Below are positions 1 through 13,546 of a stretch of 64,000 nucleotides of DNA, in pieces. How positions within the stretch are numbered: the stretch's first letter is position 1; every line of letters starts with the position of its first letter. The stretch is from positions 1 to 64,000 of the forward strand of contig ADNK01002279.1 in assembly GCA_000320545.1 (NCBI GenBank), given 5' to 3'. Below the pieces are notes generated by a model. It saw only the letters and a program-made list of their open reading frames with translations, ran no database searches and had not been told where the DNA came from. This DNA comes from Bigelowiella natans CCMP2755. Taxonomy: Eukaryota; Protista; Cercozoa. A program made the position numbers and the translations under genes.

Positions 1-4
1 ATCG

Positions 5-63
<59 letters not shown>

Positions 64-278
64 ATGCAGAGAGAGAGGGAGAGGGAGAGAGATGGGTTTT
101 TACAGGTTGATATCAGCGTATGTAATATACAATCAACTGCCACCCAAAAACTATGAAAATCATCATCATCGTCCTCATCCTTATCCATCCTCATATCATC
201 ATCATCAGCATCACCATCATCATCATGTGCGCACAGGTGTATTCGCAGTAGACAGCAGCAATTCTTCTCCTTATGTAC

Positions 279-823
279 CGAGAGTCGCGCCAAGACCTGT
301 TTCCCCGTGCTAAGGCCAAACCGCATGAACAAAACTGGATATCCTTCCTGCACAACAATCAACCATTAACCCCGCCGGTCCAAACACGCACTCTCGCACG
401 CAAGGGCCGCGACACATGGCTACTAGCAAATGCCCCTCAAAGACCGAACTCTCTCCCCGCAAGCTCAAGCCAGATCCCGCGGCACGATCTTCGTTAGATC
501 GAGCGACAGGGAGGTCTGTGGTCTCTGAATCTATTTTTTGTTTTTGTTTATTATTATTATATAAATTATAATGGGGGCTGCAGCTGTAATGCCCCTGTAA
601 AGCGAGCGATCCACGTGCTATTTCACGAAGAGTAGTTGTGCTTTCGACTCGCATTCCTCCTCCTCCTCCTCCTCCTTCTCTTCCTCCTTCTTCTTGATGT
701 TATTCTTCTTCTTCTTCGTCTCACCTTATCAACGCAGCCGAAGTTGAGCTCGGGCATAAGCATGTTCATTATGTGCAGCTTGCCGGGAGGGTGTCGTAGC
801 ATCTGATGAATTTGTGACACTGA

Positions 824-857
<34 letters not shown>

Positions 858-1196
858 GATGATGAATGGCGGTGATATCCACATTAGAAATTATATCTTC
901 TTCCAATAAAAGAGCATGTTACAAACCCCAACCCCCAACCCCCAACCCCCCCATTCACTCGTTATTTCTTTCTTCTTTCGTTTGGTCAGCTATCTCTTCT
1001 TCTTCTTCAGTTGTCAGCGGATGATAAAAATCCTCGATGCATCATCTATCTTCCTACATACGTGCTCGCAGTGGAAGGACTCCCTCCACTCGACTGTTTC
1101 TTGATAAAACCGAGCTGCTTTCTCATGGTTGAACCCATTCTTTGGCCGCACCTCTCTCATTACCACCTACAAGCCATCATTTGTGATTCGTTAGCA

Positions 1197-1235
<39 letters not shown>

Positions 1236-1239
1236 CACA

Positions 1240-1278
<39 letters not shown>

Positions 1279-1470
1279 ACGCAAAAATCCAACAAAATGA
1301 TGAATGTAATATCGGCACAGGCTTAAGTACACGCAGCCGTTGTATATCGTTCGCACGGAAATTCGCGCAAAGACGACTTACGCGAGAGATCTTGTGCGGA
1401 TCGGATCGATACCGCTTTAGCAGCGTCGGGTCTCTCTTGTTTATCAGCTGTATTGTTTTCTCGATCGACT
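279..1470 (-). CDS. SEC14/CRAL-TRIO domain protein, multi-exon, partial (further exons likely up to about 2.8 kb and beyond the left edge)
   Basis: Spliced GT-AG exons give ...RYRSDPHKISR|VVMREVRPKNGFNHEKAARFYQETVEWRESFHCEH... (CRAL-TRIO N-terminal-like EKA...EWR) and ...ELNFGCVDK|EGYPVLFMRFG (exon ends 725, next exon 347-279, phase 0). The latter matches the SEC14 'G.DK.GRPV' motif. Confidence 0.7.
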
Positions 1471-2436
1471 GAGAACGAGGAAGAAGGAGGGGGGGGGGGG
1501 AAGAGGTACCAGGAGCGTGAGGCAAAGGAGAGAATTATTTCTTTCCTTATGCTATATTGAAAAGTCATTACAACCCACGGGAAACACTCCTTGACCCTTG
1601 TTTCTACCATAGTCCTCCCTCCTCGTTTCTTCTTCTTCTTCTCCTTCTTCCTTTTCTTCCTCCTCCTCTTCATCCCATTCGCTCACTACCTGTAGCTCCT
1701 CCTGCCCTCTCTTGACGGGGTACTTCAATGGGTCAAGGAGCGCTAAATCCTTGCCGTCTACACGTATTGTTGTTTCGTGTGTGTGCGCACCGATAGCATA
1801 ATAGAACAACTCTTTAAAAACAAAAGAGACGATTTCCAAACAATAGGTATATCGTCGTTGTGGCGGAGCTGTTTGTTCCAGATGAAGCAAACTACTAGTA
1901 TAGAGTAACGATATTACCCCCGTATATTCTCTGTTTAAACTCTCACAAAACGACCCCACAACACAATTGCGTGTGAGATTGGAAAAGCCAATACAACGCG
2001 CTGCTACTCACCGTCGGACTTTTGCCTCCCTCCTAAATCTGCGCTTTTGCCGTGGCCACCGCCCAGTAATTTACTAGAAAATTTAGGCAAGAAAAGACGC
2101 GCGGAGAGAGGTCAACTGCAATAGGGTCGGGGTGAAAACGAGCTCGGTTTGCATGCAACTATACGGCAGCAGAAGGATGTTTTTGAGGCTCACCATCACT
2201 GATCTTATACACTCCTGAATACCTTTCATCATCTTTTCCGTGGTTGGATGATTTTGGCGGACTAATCGGAGCATGCTTTGGAGGCTCGGGTGTGTTGCGT
2301 CCTTCGGAGATGTTATTGTAATGCAATCATGGCTTGTGCGCAATAACGATGATGAGAAGAACTCTTTATACAATCAATATATCTACACTGGCTCGCACAT
2401 ATATGCACACACACATACACATACACATACACGCAC

Positions 2437-2476
<40 letters not shown>

Positions 2477-4199
2477 TCATCTTCCCCATACAATCATATC
2501 CGAACACCATCTCAACTTTGCTCTTCACGGTTTCTCATTGAGCATTAGTACCTCCGGTGGGGGGGCTCGATTTGCTCTCCGGAATAAATTGATTTTCCCG
2601 CGGAAATGACTTTGATATACCCGTGTCAATGGAGCTAAACGGGCGCGCCAGGTCCCCCCCAAGCTTGTTTGAACTGCCGACTTCCCTCCAGTCAGTCCTC
2701 TGGGAGGCAGACATGCTGGAGGAGGGGGAAGGGAGGGGGGGTTGTGCGTGTAGAAAGGATCCGCCGGCCGGGTTTGTAGTGCTGTGTGAAAGGCATCTTT
2801 AGTAAACATAAAATCTCGGTTGGGACAATTCGTAATTCTTATATAGAGTAAGAGAACGAAGTATATATACTTGATCATGTTCAAGCAGGCAAGAATGCGT
2901 AACACGCATTGATTGGAATGGGAGGAAAGGACGGCACGCAACTACACGCACACCCTCGGAGGAATAAGTAAACGGAGTACAAGTATCAATTTGCCTATCG
3001 CAAATGTTTTTGTATTATTTTATTTTTTTAATTCTTATTTGGAAGTCAGTGAGACGAGGAAAGACAAACAAGAAAATGAAGAGAATATCCGAAGTCACAC
3101 AGTATAGAGTGTTATGAAAACGTCTTGTGCACATCATTTGGTGTAATTGATTGTTTAGCACCAAAACGCATAACGCATACAACGCGTGGATTGTGAATTA
3201 CCCTTCCGTTAAGAGGAGATCCTGTCTTCAGTGTCAGAAAGTGCTATTAGCTACAGGCAAAGAGATTAGCCATTAACTACATTGATTTCGATAACAAAGA
3301 GGAATGAGAAATTTGTCTATAAATGATCGTGGTCCACAACTGATATGCAGTCATGTGTTATAAAGGGGGTGATTCTTTCCTAGCGCAAAATGAAGGCGGG
3401 ATGGGCACTTCCGCCTTGCAAAAACGTAGTAAAAATGTGGCGACACTAACAAAATTCTCTCTAGAATATCAATTCTACAGATTATCTGAAGAATTCGAAA
3501 TGCCTTTGGAGCAATGACGCTATCACACCAGCCGATGACCTCCTCTTTACACAGAAGGAAGTTGAGCGGTGAAAAAGTGTCTTTGTCCACACAGGTCCGG
3601 AGCGAAGATGGGCTTGGCCCGTAAAATTTGTGCATACATTTTATTTATTTGTAAATTAATTCATTTCTGTGATTGCATCCCCTGAGGCAGGCTGCAACCG
3701 CGTGTTTCATCTTTCAAGCTCACCGGTGCCAGGTCTGCCCCATTATGCCGGCATATTCAGCCCTAACACTTTAGTGTACGCTCGCGAAGATCAGAAGTTT
3801 GAGGTCTATTTTCTTGATACGACATGTGATATTTTCAGTCGAAAGAAAAATATCAGGGCTTGCAATCCAACAATGGAATGGAAGGTTACTTCCGGTTGTT
3901 TTGAAAAGAATCGAATTGGGATTGCCCTCCTTCGTTCCTCGTTTTTCTGCACAGGTTTAAATCTGCATGGCGTTGTCGCTTGTGATGAACGCCTGGTCAA
4001 TGTGCTTTCTTCTTGTGTCAAACTAAGCCGACACTAAGATCTTTTTTGCCGTTTGCTGTTCATTGAAGGAAGGCTAGAAGGGCCCTGTCACCGAACCGCG
4101 TGTTGTGTTTGTGCATTTGGTGCGGATTGATGCAGCTTCCTAGCAATCTTTAGTGCTTATGCTCTACCTGGACCAGCTTTGCTATGCTCTTCGTCTCTG

Positions 4200-5250
4200 C
4201 GTGCTGGTTGTGCCGGAGGCACGCACAGCGGCAAGCTTTGTCGTTCATGTGGTTCTTGCTCGTGTGGTTTTTGCATCAATGCTTCATTCATTTTTCATTG
4301 TTCATTGTTCGCATGAACTTGTTCTGTTGCAAAGGCATTCAGAGTTTCACTTACATCTTTGGTGTTCGCCACATGTGGATGATGTGTTTTCTGGTTTTGT
4401 CCGTTTCTAGGTTTGACGTTGTCACGTTGCGCGTTGGCACTCCAGCACTGAACACCCAGCATTGAACACTGCTAGACTGAACTGAGCACACACACTGTCC
4501 GGCTGAACTACAAAATAGCGTGCGCAACAACCAAACGAGATGCGTGCATTTGGCACTAGTTGTGGAACAATGCCAGAATGGTCGTTCGATCTTCCTTGCA
4601 AGAATGACTCCAAGCTGGCAATCCAGCAGTGCGGCTGGAGTGCTGGAGTGCAAGTAGGTCGCATCACAGCTAGACAGCTAGACGCAACAGCGCTAGCAGC
4701 GCACTGGCGTGCAACGCACCAGCTAGCCAGGTAGCCACAGCTAGACAGAGCGTTCAACATCATCACCACACAGCTAGCTAGCTAGACAGCGCACTGCAGA
4801 CACACCTAGACATGCCAGCATGCAAGCATGGCTAGGTGGTCCCACAAGGGCACAACGTGACCACTGCATGGCTCTCTCTAGCTCTAGATGTCTTGCTGAA
4901 AACTGCTCATTGGCATTGCTAGATTGCTAGATTGTGGATTCGCGCGTGGACAATGCATTTCATTGTCAAACTAGCGCATGCTAGCATCTAGCTAGCTAGG
5001 CATGGCTGCCATGCTGCTACCAAACTCTAGAACTAGCAAATGCCATGTAGTAATGCGCTACTAGATTGCTTAGGGTTCCATTCTCACTGCGCATGCGCGA
5101 TTGCATTTCGTCTGTATCAATTGAAACAGCCAAAAACGGTCGCAGCACATCTAGATGTGCACACGCAACTAGGCAATATAGTTGCCAACAACGACGCTTT
5201 GAATTGTATGGCAGCTCAGAACTCCAATGTCATGTAAATCCTGTAAGAAT
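4200..5250. repeat. TpA-depleted, CTAG-rich degenerate repeat tract A
   Basis: In 4201-5040 nearly all TA steps are in CTAG (about 21 CTAG in 4670-5036). Shares a 39-bp motif with tracts at about 16970 and 49000. Confidence 0.8.
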
Positions 5251-5330
5251 CTAGGGCCAAAAATGACATCTGCAACATGATGGCGAAATTTCCATGGCAT
5301 CAACTTCTACACCATTACTACTACTTTCCA

Positions 5331-6844
5331 TTATTCACCACCATCTTCATTTATTGAAGTGCCCCACGAACTAGCTGGTAAGACAAATGCTCGACCCAAT
5401 CGTCTATCAAGAGCTAAACTTGCGTTTATTCTTAATTCGCACTTTTCATCCCAGTTGATATCAAGAGTTGCTTCTTTAGCCTCACTAACTCTTGGTTTAA
5501 GACTACTGTATGGATTTGCGATCTTGTAAGAACTCCGTTTCAGCTCAAATGCACCGAAATGAATCCCCTCTTTTTTATCAATTGTGTATGTTTTGGAGTT
5601 TAAATCTCGAATAGAAAGATGAAATCTGGGGCCCAGCGTAATATTTTCTACCCCCTTTTTTACACTTTTACATTTTCTGACGATCACCTGACGCAATATT
5701 AAAACTTGATTACTATCAAACTCTTGTTGGAAACCCATTATCTGAGTTTGTTGTCCCTCGTAATATCCGACGACTTGAAATACTTGCCATGTATTCTTTG
5801 GATTTATTCGTAGGTATATTTTTAATGGATTTTGCTCCTTGGATTCATATTTCTTTGTTGCTTTAAAAAAATCTATAACTGCTGTTTTAGGGTCCCAGTT
5901 TCTTACCAAACCACCATAACACCATGCCTGAGTAGATGAGTAACATATGTCGCATTAATCGGAAATCCTTGCGGCTAATGAACTTACTTCGTCTCCAACA
6001 GCATGAAGTATTTCGTCGTACAGCATATGAATCATCGAAATGTCTCTACAAAGCTTCCTTTTCAATACCTATTTTGCGTTTCTTGTTAGGTTTAGCATGT
6101 TACTATTGTCAGCGAAGAGAGTTTAATATTGCCTTCCAATGTCATTCTCTATGACAACTACCTTTTGGTGTTCGCCAAGTAAAACTTGAATTGAATTTAT
6201 TGCAAGTGTCGGATCCTTTTCCCATGAGCTGCTGACTTCAGATGGAAAATGAAGCTTAGCAGCTTGGAGAGCGTTTGTACCTGCCTCAGTCGAGTTGCAT
6301 ATTCTGCGAGATTTCACAGCTACGGAACCGTCAACTCCATAGCAACCATAATCATATCTCAAAACGCTTTCTCCAATAATCTTCCGAGCAGGGGAAGTAT
6401 GCATGATATCAGCACCACTTTCGATCAAGGAGAGAATGGCTTTGGAATTCCCACCTCGTGCTGCCAACCAAAGGGCCTATCAACAAATAAAGAAAGCATT
6501 TAAATTTTTAACGAGAAATGCTTCAACACATAACACATACCGAATTCCCAAAAGCATCCTTTGCATTTGGATCGGCTTTAGCTCGTAATAGAGCATTCAC
6601 AAACTCAGGATGAGCTAAAAACGCAGTTAAAATATGGTTTCCATTTTTGCATGTGGAATTGACGTCCACGTTGTAAGAAATAAACAATTTTAGTATTTGA
6701 AGTCCTTTCTTTGTGCTTCGGCAAGAGAACATTGGTGGGTCATGCCGTCCATCAAATGACATTCCATTTAAATTGAGATTGGGATTTTCTACCAAAAGAG
6801 TTTTTACACCTCGAAAACAATCATTTGAGGCGAGATATTGCAAC
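5331..6844 (-). CDS. Ankyrin-repeat protein with uncharacterised C-terminal domain (spliced; N-terminus unresolved)
   Basis: Exon 6844-6541 joins exon starting 6476 across a gtatgt...gatag intron to give KADPNAKDAFGNS|ALWLAARGGNSKAILSLIESGADIMH, a canonical ankyrin repeat. A later junction reads HAVGDE|AWCYGGLVRNWDP into the 5909-5331 ORF. Confidence 0.75.
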
Positions 6845-7244
6845 CTGCAAAAGGCTAATTTAGGGATGTTGGAATGAAAGAAGTGTCGTCATCGATGTGC
6901 TGTAACAACGTGTAAAAGGCAAGCAAGCAACCCTCCGCAGGTTTGACATCATCTGCGCACATTTGATCGACAAAATATAGTGTCACACATCCCAATCGGT
7001 CACCTTCGAATCAAAATATATTCCTCCGTTTTTTCTTCGTTGCAATTTCTCCAACCGGAAATGAACTGCATGGACGCAGACCGACAGTCATTCGCCACCG
7101 CACTTCGTTTCCCAGAGCATTTTCTGTCATTGAGGCTATGCGCAGACCGCAGTGTTGACCTGTTTCCATGAAACCTCCCGTTAGTTGCTCCCATGCGAGG
7201 CAGTTTTTTCCTCCCTCACTTTTTCTCATTCGGTGAACTAATTG

Positions 7245-7860
7245 CATGCACTTGCTTTGCTCGGAACAAAGGCTTCATGCGGCTTGGATGCACCACAGTT
7301 GTCGCAGCGGAAAAACGCCCTTGATCCAATGGAGACACTGAAGCAATGGATGCGCCTGCGCCGAGTGCTTGCCGCAACGGATGTTCATTGTCGCATCACC
7401 AAAACTGGAGATGGAGCAATGCTAGCCAGTTTCCACTGAATTGGGACACGCACGGTGTTCATGACGTCGTCCAAACATTTGTGGAGTGAGTGTGTGGGCT
7501 AGCGGGATGCATGTGCTCATTTGCTTTCGCCAGCTAGCTGGTCATCGACACGAGCACACCAATGCATTCTGCACCCAGATGACCAATTCGCTAGTTCGGG
7601 TGCGATGGAGAACAAACGAAAGGCGCAAGGCCAGGGAGTGCACGTTGGTGCGCGGAAGTGGAGTCTCAGGCTTGATTCCTCTGCTCAGCTAGTTGCGTTC
7701 GTAATGCATTGTTTTGTCGCGTGCGTGGTGCGTCTCCGCTTTCGCATCATGCACGCAAACAGAGGTGACGATCGGGGTGTTTGTTTTTTTGCGGTTGCGT
7801 GTGACTCCATTGCAACGCACGCACGCATGCCAGCATGGCTCCACTTTGACAGGTCACATC
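7245..7860. repeat. TpA-depleted tract B
   Basis: Hand count in about 615 bp: 5 CTAG and only 1 other TA (GTAA near 7700). TA reappears abruptly at 7862. Confidence 0.8.
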
Positions 7861-7934
7861 TTAAACATCTCAAAAATAGGTTTTGTTCGGTGTACATCTT
7901 GCTAAAATTGTGTGCATTTGATGCAACATGAGAA

Positions 7935-9779
7935 TTAATGTGCAGGGGGATAAAACAGCGACTCTACATCATCAGGAGGTTCGCACAACAGCCACCGCAC
8001 TCGTTGTGCTACATCGGCAGGGAGGGGCGGCAAGTAGTCTTCATCTGTGTCTGGCACACGTGTGTCTACATTCTTGTATAAATCCTAGGCAAAAACAAAG
8101 AACCGATAGGGATTAGCATTATCTCACGAACTACGAGCAACGAACCATTCACAAAGATCGCTAAGGCCAAGCGAAAATAAAGTGTCAACTGTTCAATATG
8201 TTTTATTTCTCTTAAAATTCTAGGCTTACTTTTACGTGCAGCGCATCCTCGTTGGGAATGTACGGAAACATCCTGAAGTATTTGCCAGCACAACGTAAGG
8301 TCCTTTTGTGATTGTCACTCTAAAACTAGGAAAACGAAGAAAAGTAAATCAATATTGCTTACCATGCGCCTGTGGAGAGTTCTTGTGTAGGCTGGATTGC
8401 ATATCTATGGGATGGTTTTTCAAAATCAAATTGATGAAATCTCTTGGGATGCCTCCAAAACGTTATTATCATTTTGATTCCTTGGTGCTGTGTTTGCGTG
8501 CATTCGCATTCGATCAGTACAAGATATATATTCACATACCTGAAAGGAAAATAGTAGTCCAGCGCGTTGGGTACTCCTCTGCTGTTCGTGCTCGCCGATA
8601 ATCTGAGGTACAAAAGCGCGGGGAAAACAGGTATGGACATTGCTCTTTGCTCTTAAAATATCCATAAGGTTGAAATGAAAGGCGTGAATAGTATTCCTCG
8701 AAATAGAAACAAGGGAAAAATACAAATGCACGAACAGAAGAACAAAACCCTACGAAAAATCGATGCCATGTAAGGTAAAACATAAGACATGAAAGACGTT
8801 CACTCACGGAGAGGTCCCATTGTCCTTCTCATCTAATTGAGTATGAGCAAGCAAAAGCAACAACATCAAACAACCGGAAACAGCAAAATAAACATCAACG
8901 TTTTCACCCAACAAATTTTAAAAAAAAAATCGCAAATCCTAAGAGTTTCACAAGGCGTAGATTTCTCTCTTCAACAGGAACATCCAAGTCTCCATCAGGA
9001 ACCATTCGAATAGCTGCGATGCGCTTGCATGCATGGTACCACCCTGTAGTCGGAATCGAATCGTGTGTGCCTGGATAAAACGGAAGAACCGAGCATCGTG
9101 CGCTAATCGAAACCTACGCACAAAATATGTACTGAATACGTGCAGCAGAAGCACATGAAATTACAGCATTTGAAGAGAAACGTGATTCAAGCGCAAATGA
9201 ATAAGCTCCGGCTCTATACGCAACGTATTCATGCGGCGCGGAACGGTTTGGTGCTCTCACAAAGCAAACGCCGTTTTCGGCTGTCTCTATGTAGGCATTC
9301 ATTGCAGCTTCAAGCCCCTTATGAATACTAAATGCGAGGTGAGAAGCGAGGCAATCAACAACGGCATCATGTATCCTCTGTACCGATGATCTCGCAGCAA
9401 GTCATTGGACACAAGGTACACTCTCGAGCGTCCTGGAAAAAATGCGAAACTATATAAAATTGGGCGGGGAAACAACCAAAAGCTGAACGCGCACGCGTGT
9501 ATTATGCCTCTGCACACAGTCAGTATCACATCAACTAGCTTCTCTGACCGTCGTCGGAGTTGTAACGTAAGAAATCGTTCGCACTTCGAATCGCTCCGTA
9601 CCTGTTAGTTGGCATTGCACAACATATCAGAAAAACATGTAACAGAAAGCTAATTATAGAGACTACGAGGCCCCTCTCCCCGTGTGACTTGTATCTCCTC
9701 GACGAAAGGGGGAGGGACGAAGGGCAAGAAGAGCTGTTTATCTATATCTATACATATATCACATATGTTTAAATAGAAG

Positions 9780-9818
<39 letters not shown>

Positions 9819-9824
9819 AGAGAG

Positions 9825-9870
<46 letters not shown>

Positions 9871-10085
9871 GCTTACATCCAGAAGTGGTCGTCGTTCAGT
9901 CCGCTAGGAGTCAAATATAACGCGCCTTCCTTCCTCCATTTCTATCCAGGAAATGCAAACGGAAAATCACGCGAAAGAAATACAGACACTCCCGTATCAA
10001 AAATCAAATATATGTAATATATAAATACATATATGTATAACATACATATAGAGAGAAATAAAGAAAGAGAAAGCGAGAGATAGAT

Positions 10086-10116
<31 letters not shown>

Positions 10117-10547
10117 AAGAGAAGATATCTTAAACATATTCTCTATCCTAATGTATCATTAGTCTCCGTTGCATCCTAAAGGTGTTTTGTGGAATCGTTC
10201 GGTCTAACTCTCTTTCCCATACACTAGAATAAATAAAGCGATGCTACAAGCAGCACCGAAACTACAAAACTGCTACTGGTGATAACAACGACGCTCATAT
10301 GTATTGTTAGGATAAATGGCCATGGTTGCCCTTACAATTCATCGTATTTCTAGCTTTACGAGAGAATCACTACCTCGACTATTGTCTGAGCGCTCTCACG
10401 CTTCTGGCGCTCCTTCTCTTTCTTGCCTGCAGCAAATTATGCAAAAATTGAAAATCAGAAATGGATTCGAAAGAAGGCTGTCGTAAGAAACAGAGGACCG
10501 AGATATGGCCAATTTGCTCGATTTTCGTTTAGAACCTGTAGATATAT

Positions 10548-10588
<41 letters not shown>

Positions 10589-12101
10589 TATATATATGTA
10601 GCAAATTGTACAGCACATGAAATCTTTAAAGTGGCTGTACACACATCATCTCCACGCATTAATATGGTAGATAGTTAACATTTAGGCAATTCAATGTGTG
10701 CGACTGATGAAAATTAGTATTAAGGAGCATGCAAAAACAGACATTCGAGGGCCATAGCTATTATCAATTGCCTACCATTTTTTTCAAAAAGCAACATACA
10801 CACACGTATAGACAAAATTATAATAACATTATAGATAGTCATATCGTTCATATACTGTAAATATATCGTGCAATATATTCCCCACCAGTCTTGTCTTTTG
10901 GAAAATATTCTTAAAGTGCTCATAAACCTCATCGACCTAAATGATGCAAAAAATGTCATTGTGCAATAATCCGCAAGAGAAGAATCACTCTAACCGAGGC
11001 CAGAATAGAACTGCAGTAATTGAGGTAAACTTACGAAAGGTTTCGCTTCCACATTTTGATGCTTTGTTTATATAAAAATACACCAACCACCTGCTCGTAG
11101 CAGAAGCTGCCTCCTTGCTTAAAAAAGCCTACATTAGCAGCATCGATCCAAACCTCTGCGCCTGAAAGCAACACGCATTGGCAAACTATCACGAACCACC
11201 CACCCACCCTAGCATTCTTCTTCGATGCCAAGCACACATTTCCTATTTGCATCGCGCTTTCGCAGGATGCGCGATTTCATCAAGAAAGCTGTTGAAGCAA
11301 CGTCTCAAAAGAACGTTTTCGATCGCGTGCGAACTCGCAGAAGTTCCATCGATTCTCGACTCAAAAAGCAACAAATAGGCCTTTGCCAAAGGCTGCAGCG
11401 AGGGCCGCTGCTGTCGCTACCTTGCTCGGTCTCGAGCTTTCTTACGAAGCCTCGTATCTTGTTCTATATTGTGAAGCATCATCGCAATCGTAAGTTGCAT
11501 ATCACCAAAGGTAGTCAGAGCTGCTATACACTTTTCAAAAAAGACGGCTGCATGTGGTTTTTCTTGGCTCTCTGCCTTTTCCGCACGATCGCAATTGCAT
11601 GCTTGCTCATCACCTGAAACTTGTCTTCAGCTTTGCTGTTGTCCGGTAGCAGTAGCTCGTCTTTGAGAAGAGCGACGAAGGCCTCGTCCATAGTGTAGGA
11701 GGGCAAGGCTAACGATGTCGGCAAGAACGGCAATTGTATTTAAACGCAATTGACGGAAACGAGAATGATTTACATCGAAGTTACCCGACCGAAGGACGCT
11801 CAAGACACAAAGTTGTAGCGAAATAACGTTTTTTTTGAAACGCGCTGACAACGCCTCTCACACTCCGCAAAAGTCGCAAAAACGGATTTAATTAAAAAAA
11901 AAAACAGGACGCTGACATTCTTCACGGCAGATTCACCACCAGGATAAGTCCGAAAATGAAAAGTCAAACGCACCAAGAGCTTTTTTCCCGGTTCCGAATA
12001 TCTCCAGAGCGGCCTTCGAGTATGGGTCGGTGTCCGTACTACGACGTTCATAAAACGAAGAAAATCAAGGAGCATCCACACACACACACACACATACACA
12101 A

Positions 12102-12147
<46 letters not shown>

Positions 12148-12181
12148 GAACATATATATTCACACACACGCAAAAACAAAC

Positions 12182-12222
<41 letters not shown>

Positions 12223-12400
12223 TGTATATATTTAAATATATGTAATTATATTCACCTATTCTTTGGGGAATTTGCCGGAAATTCTCCGGTCAATGTGCCA
12301 TCAGCACAGGCTCTTAGATCTTCTCGTATCGTGTATCTTTCAGAAGCAATGTAGGATTAGGGAAAATGGCGATATTTTTGTTGTATATGGCGTCATTGGC

Positions 12401-12448
<48 letters not shown>

Positions 12449-13023
12449 GTGTGTGTGTGTGTGCGTGCGTGAAATATAAACAGTAGCATAAATGTTTATT
12501 CATCAATTAGGACAAGCTTTGTTGCGAAACGAATCGTCAAGAGACTTATCGTTATTGTTGTCGGGTGGGAGGAGCAAACAAGTGCATTGCCCCTTATAGA
12601 TAGATAATACCCCAACTTTTGAAAATGCTCTGCCAAGGCCTCCTGAGAGCATCGATTAAATGCAAACAGTACGACAGAGGTAATGCCATTTAGCAGTGCG
12701 ATAGCACGTGTAAGAAATGTCTTATTAGAGAATACGGCACTGCCTTGAGTGATGCTCCGACAACAGTCAGTTGGGCGTTGATATCTTCGAGAATTCTGTG
12801 CGCACACATACACACACACACACACGCACACATAAACACACACCAAAATTTTATTTATTCATTCATTTGGCGATTTCGCGATTAATATTTCTTCATGGGA
12901 ACTCGATCGTGTGCTTGGTTAAGCGCGGGATTTAAGAGAGATAATACATGGACTATTGAGGGAATTATGTAACTGAACTATAAACTGTAACTTATACCAT
13001 AGTCACAAATACAATTACAATAT

Positions 13024-13096
<73 letters not shown>

Positions 13097-13504
13097 TATT
13101 GGCAGTTTTCCCTGCATTAAAAACTACCAATCATCTACCTTCTTATCATCATCACACGCTTTGGAGAGTTCCCTGGCATTTGCGCTGATGTTATTCAAAA
13201 AGCATATAACCCAAATGCAACGCTGCATCTCGGTGTCCTACCCCCCCCCACCCCCCCCCCTTCTTCTTTCCCCATTCTCCTTCTGCAACCTGTGATCTTC
13301 AGCATTGTTTGAAACTCAACGTCCGTCCACGGTATCTAGCGAAAACGCACCCATTTTCCAATCATTACGAGCATAAGACAGCCAACTCGATACTCACAAC
13401 AATACAGTATGTTTCAAGAAGTCAGGCTCTTTCGAGGCCGTCAGCAGAAGGCGAACGCGAATATGATGCAAAGCAGCGAGAGATAAAGAAAGGTAGATAG
13501 ATAT

Positions 13505-13546
<42 letters not shown>

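Noticed and set aside
5331-6844. Ankyrin ORFs as a frameshifted, virus-like pseudogene
   Set aside because: The apparent frameshifts are resolved by canonical GT-AG introns in the correct phase.
11880-11960. YPGGESAVKNVS as an ABC-transporter nucleotide-binding-domain start
   Set aside because: No Walker A follows, and the region lies within the PRORP gene span.
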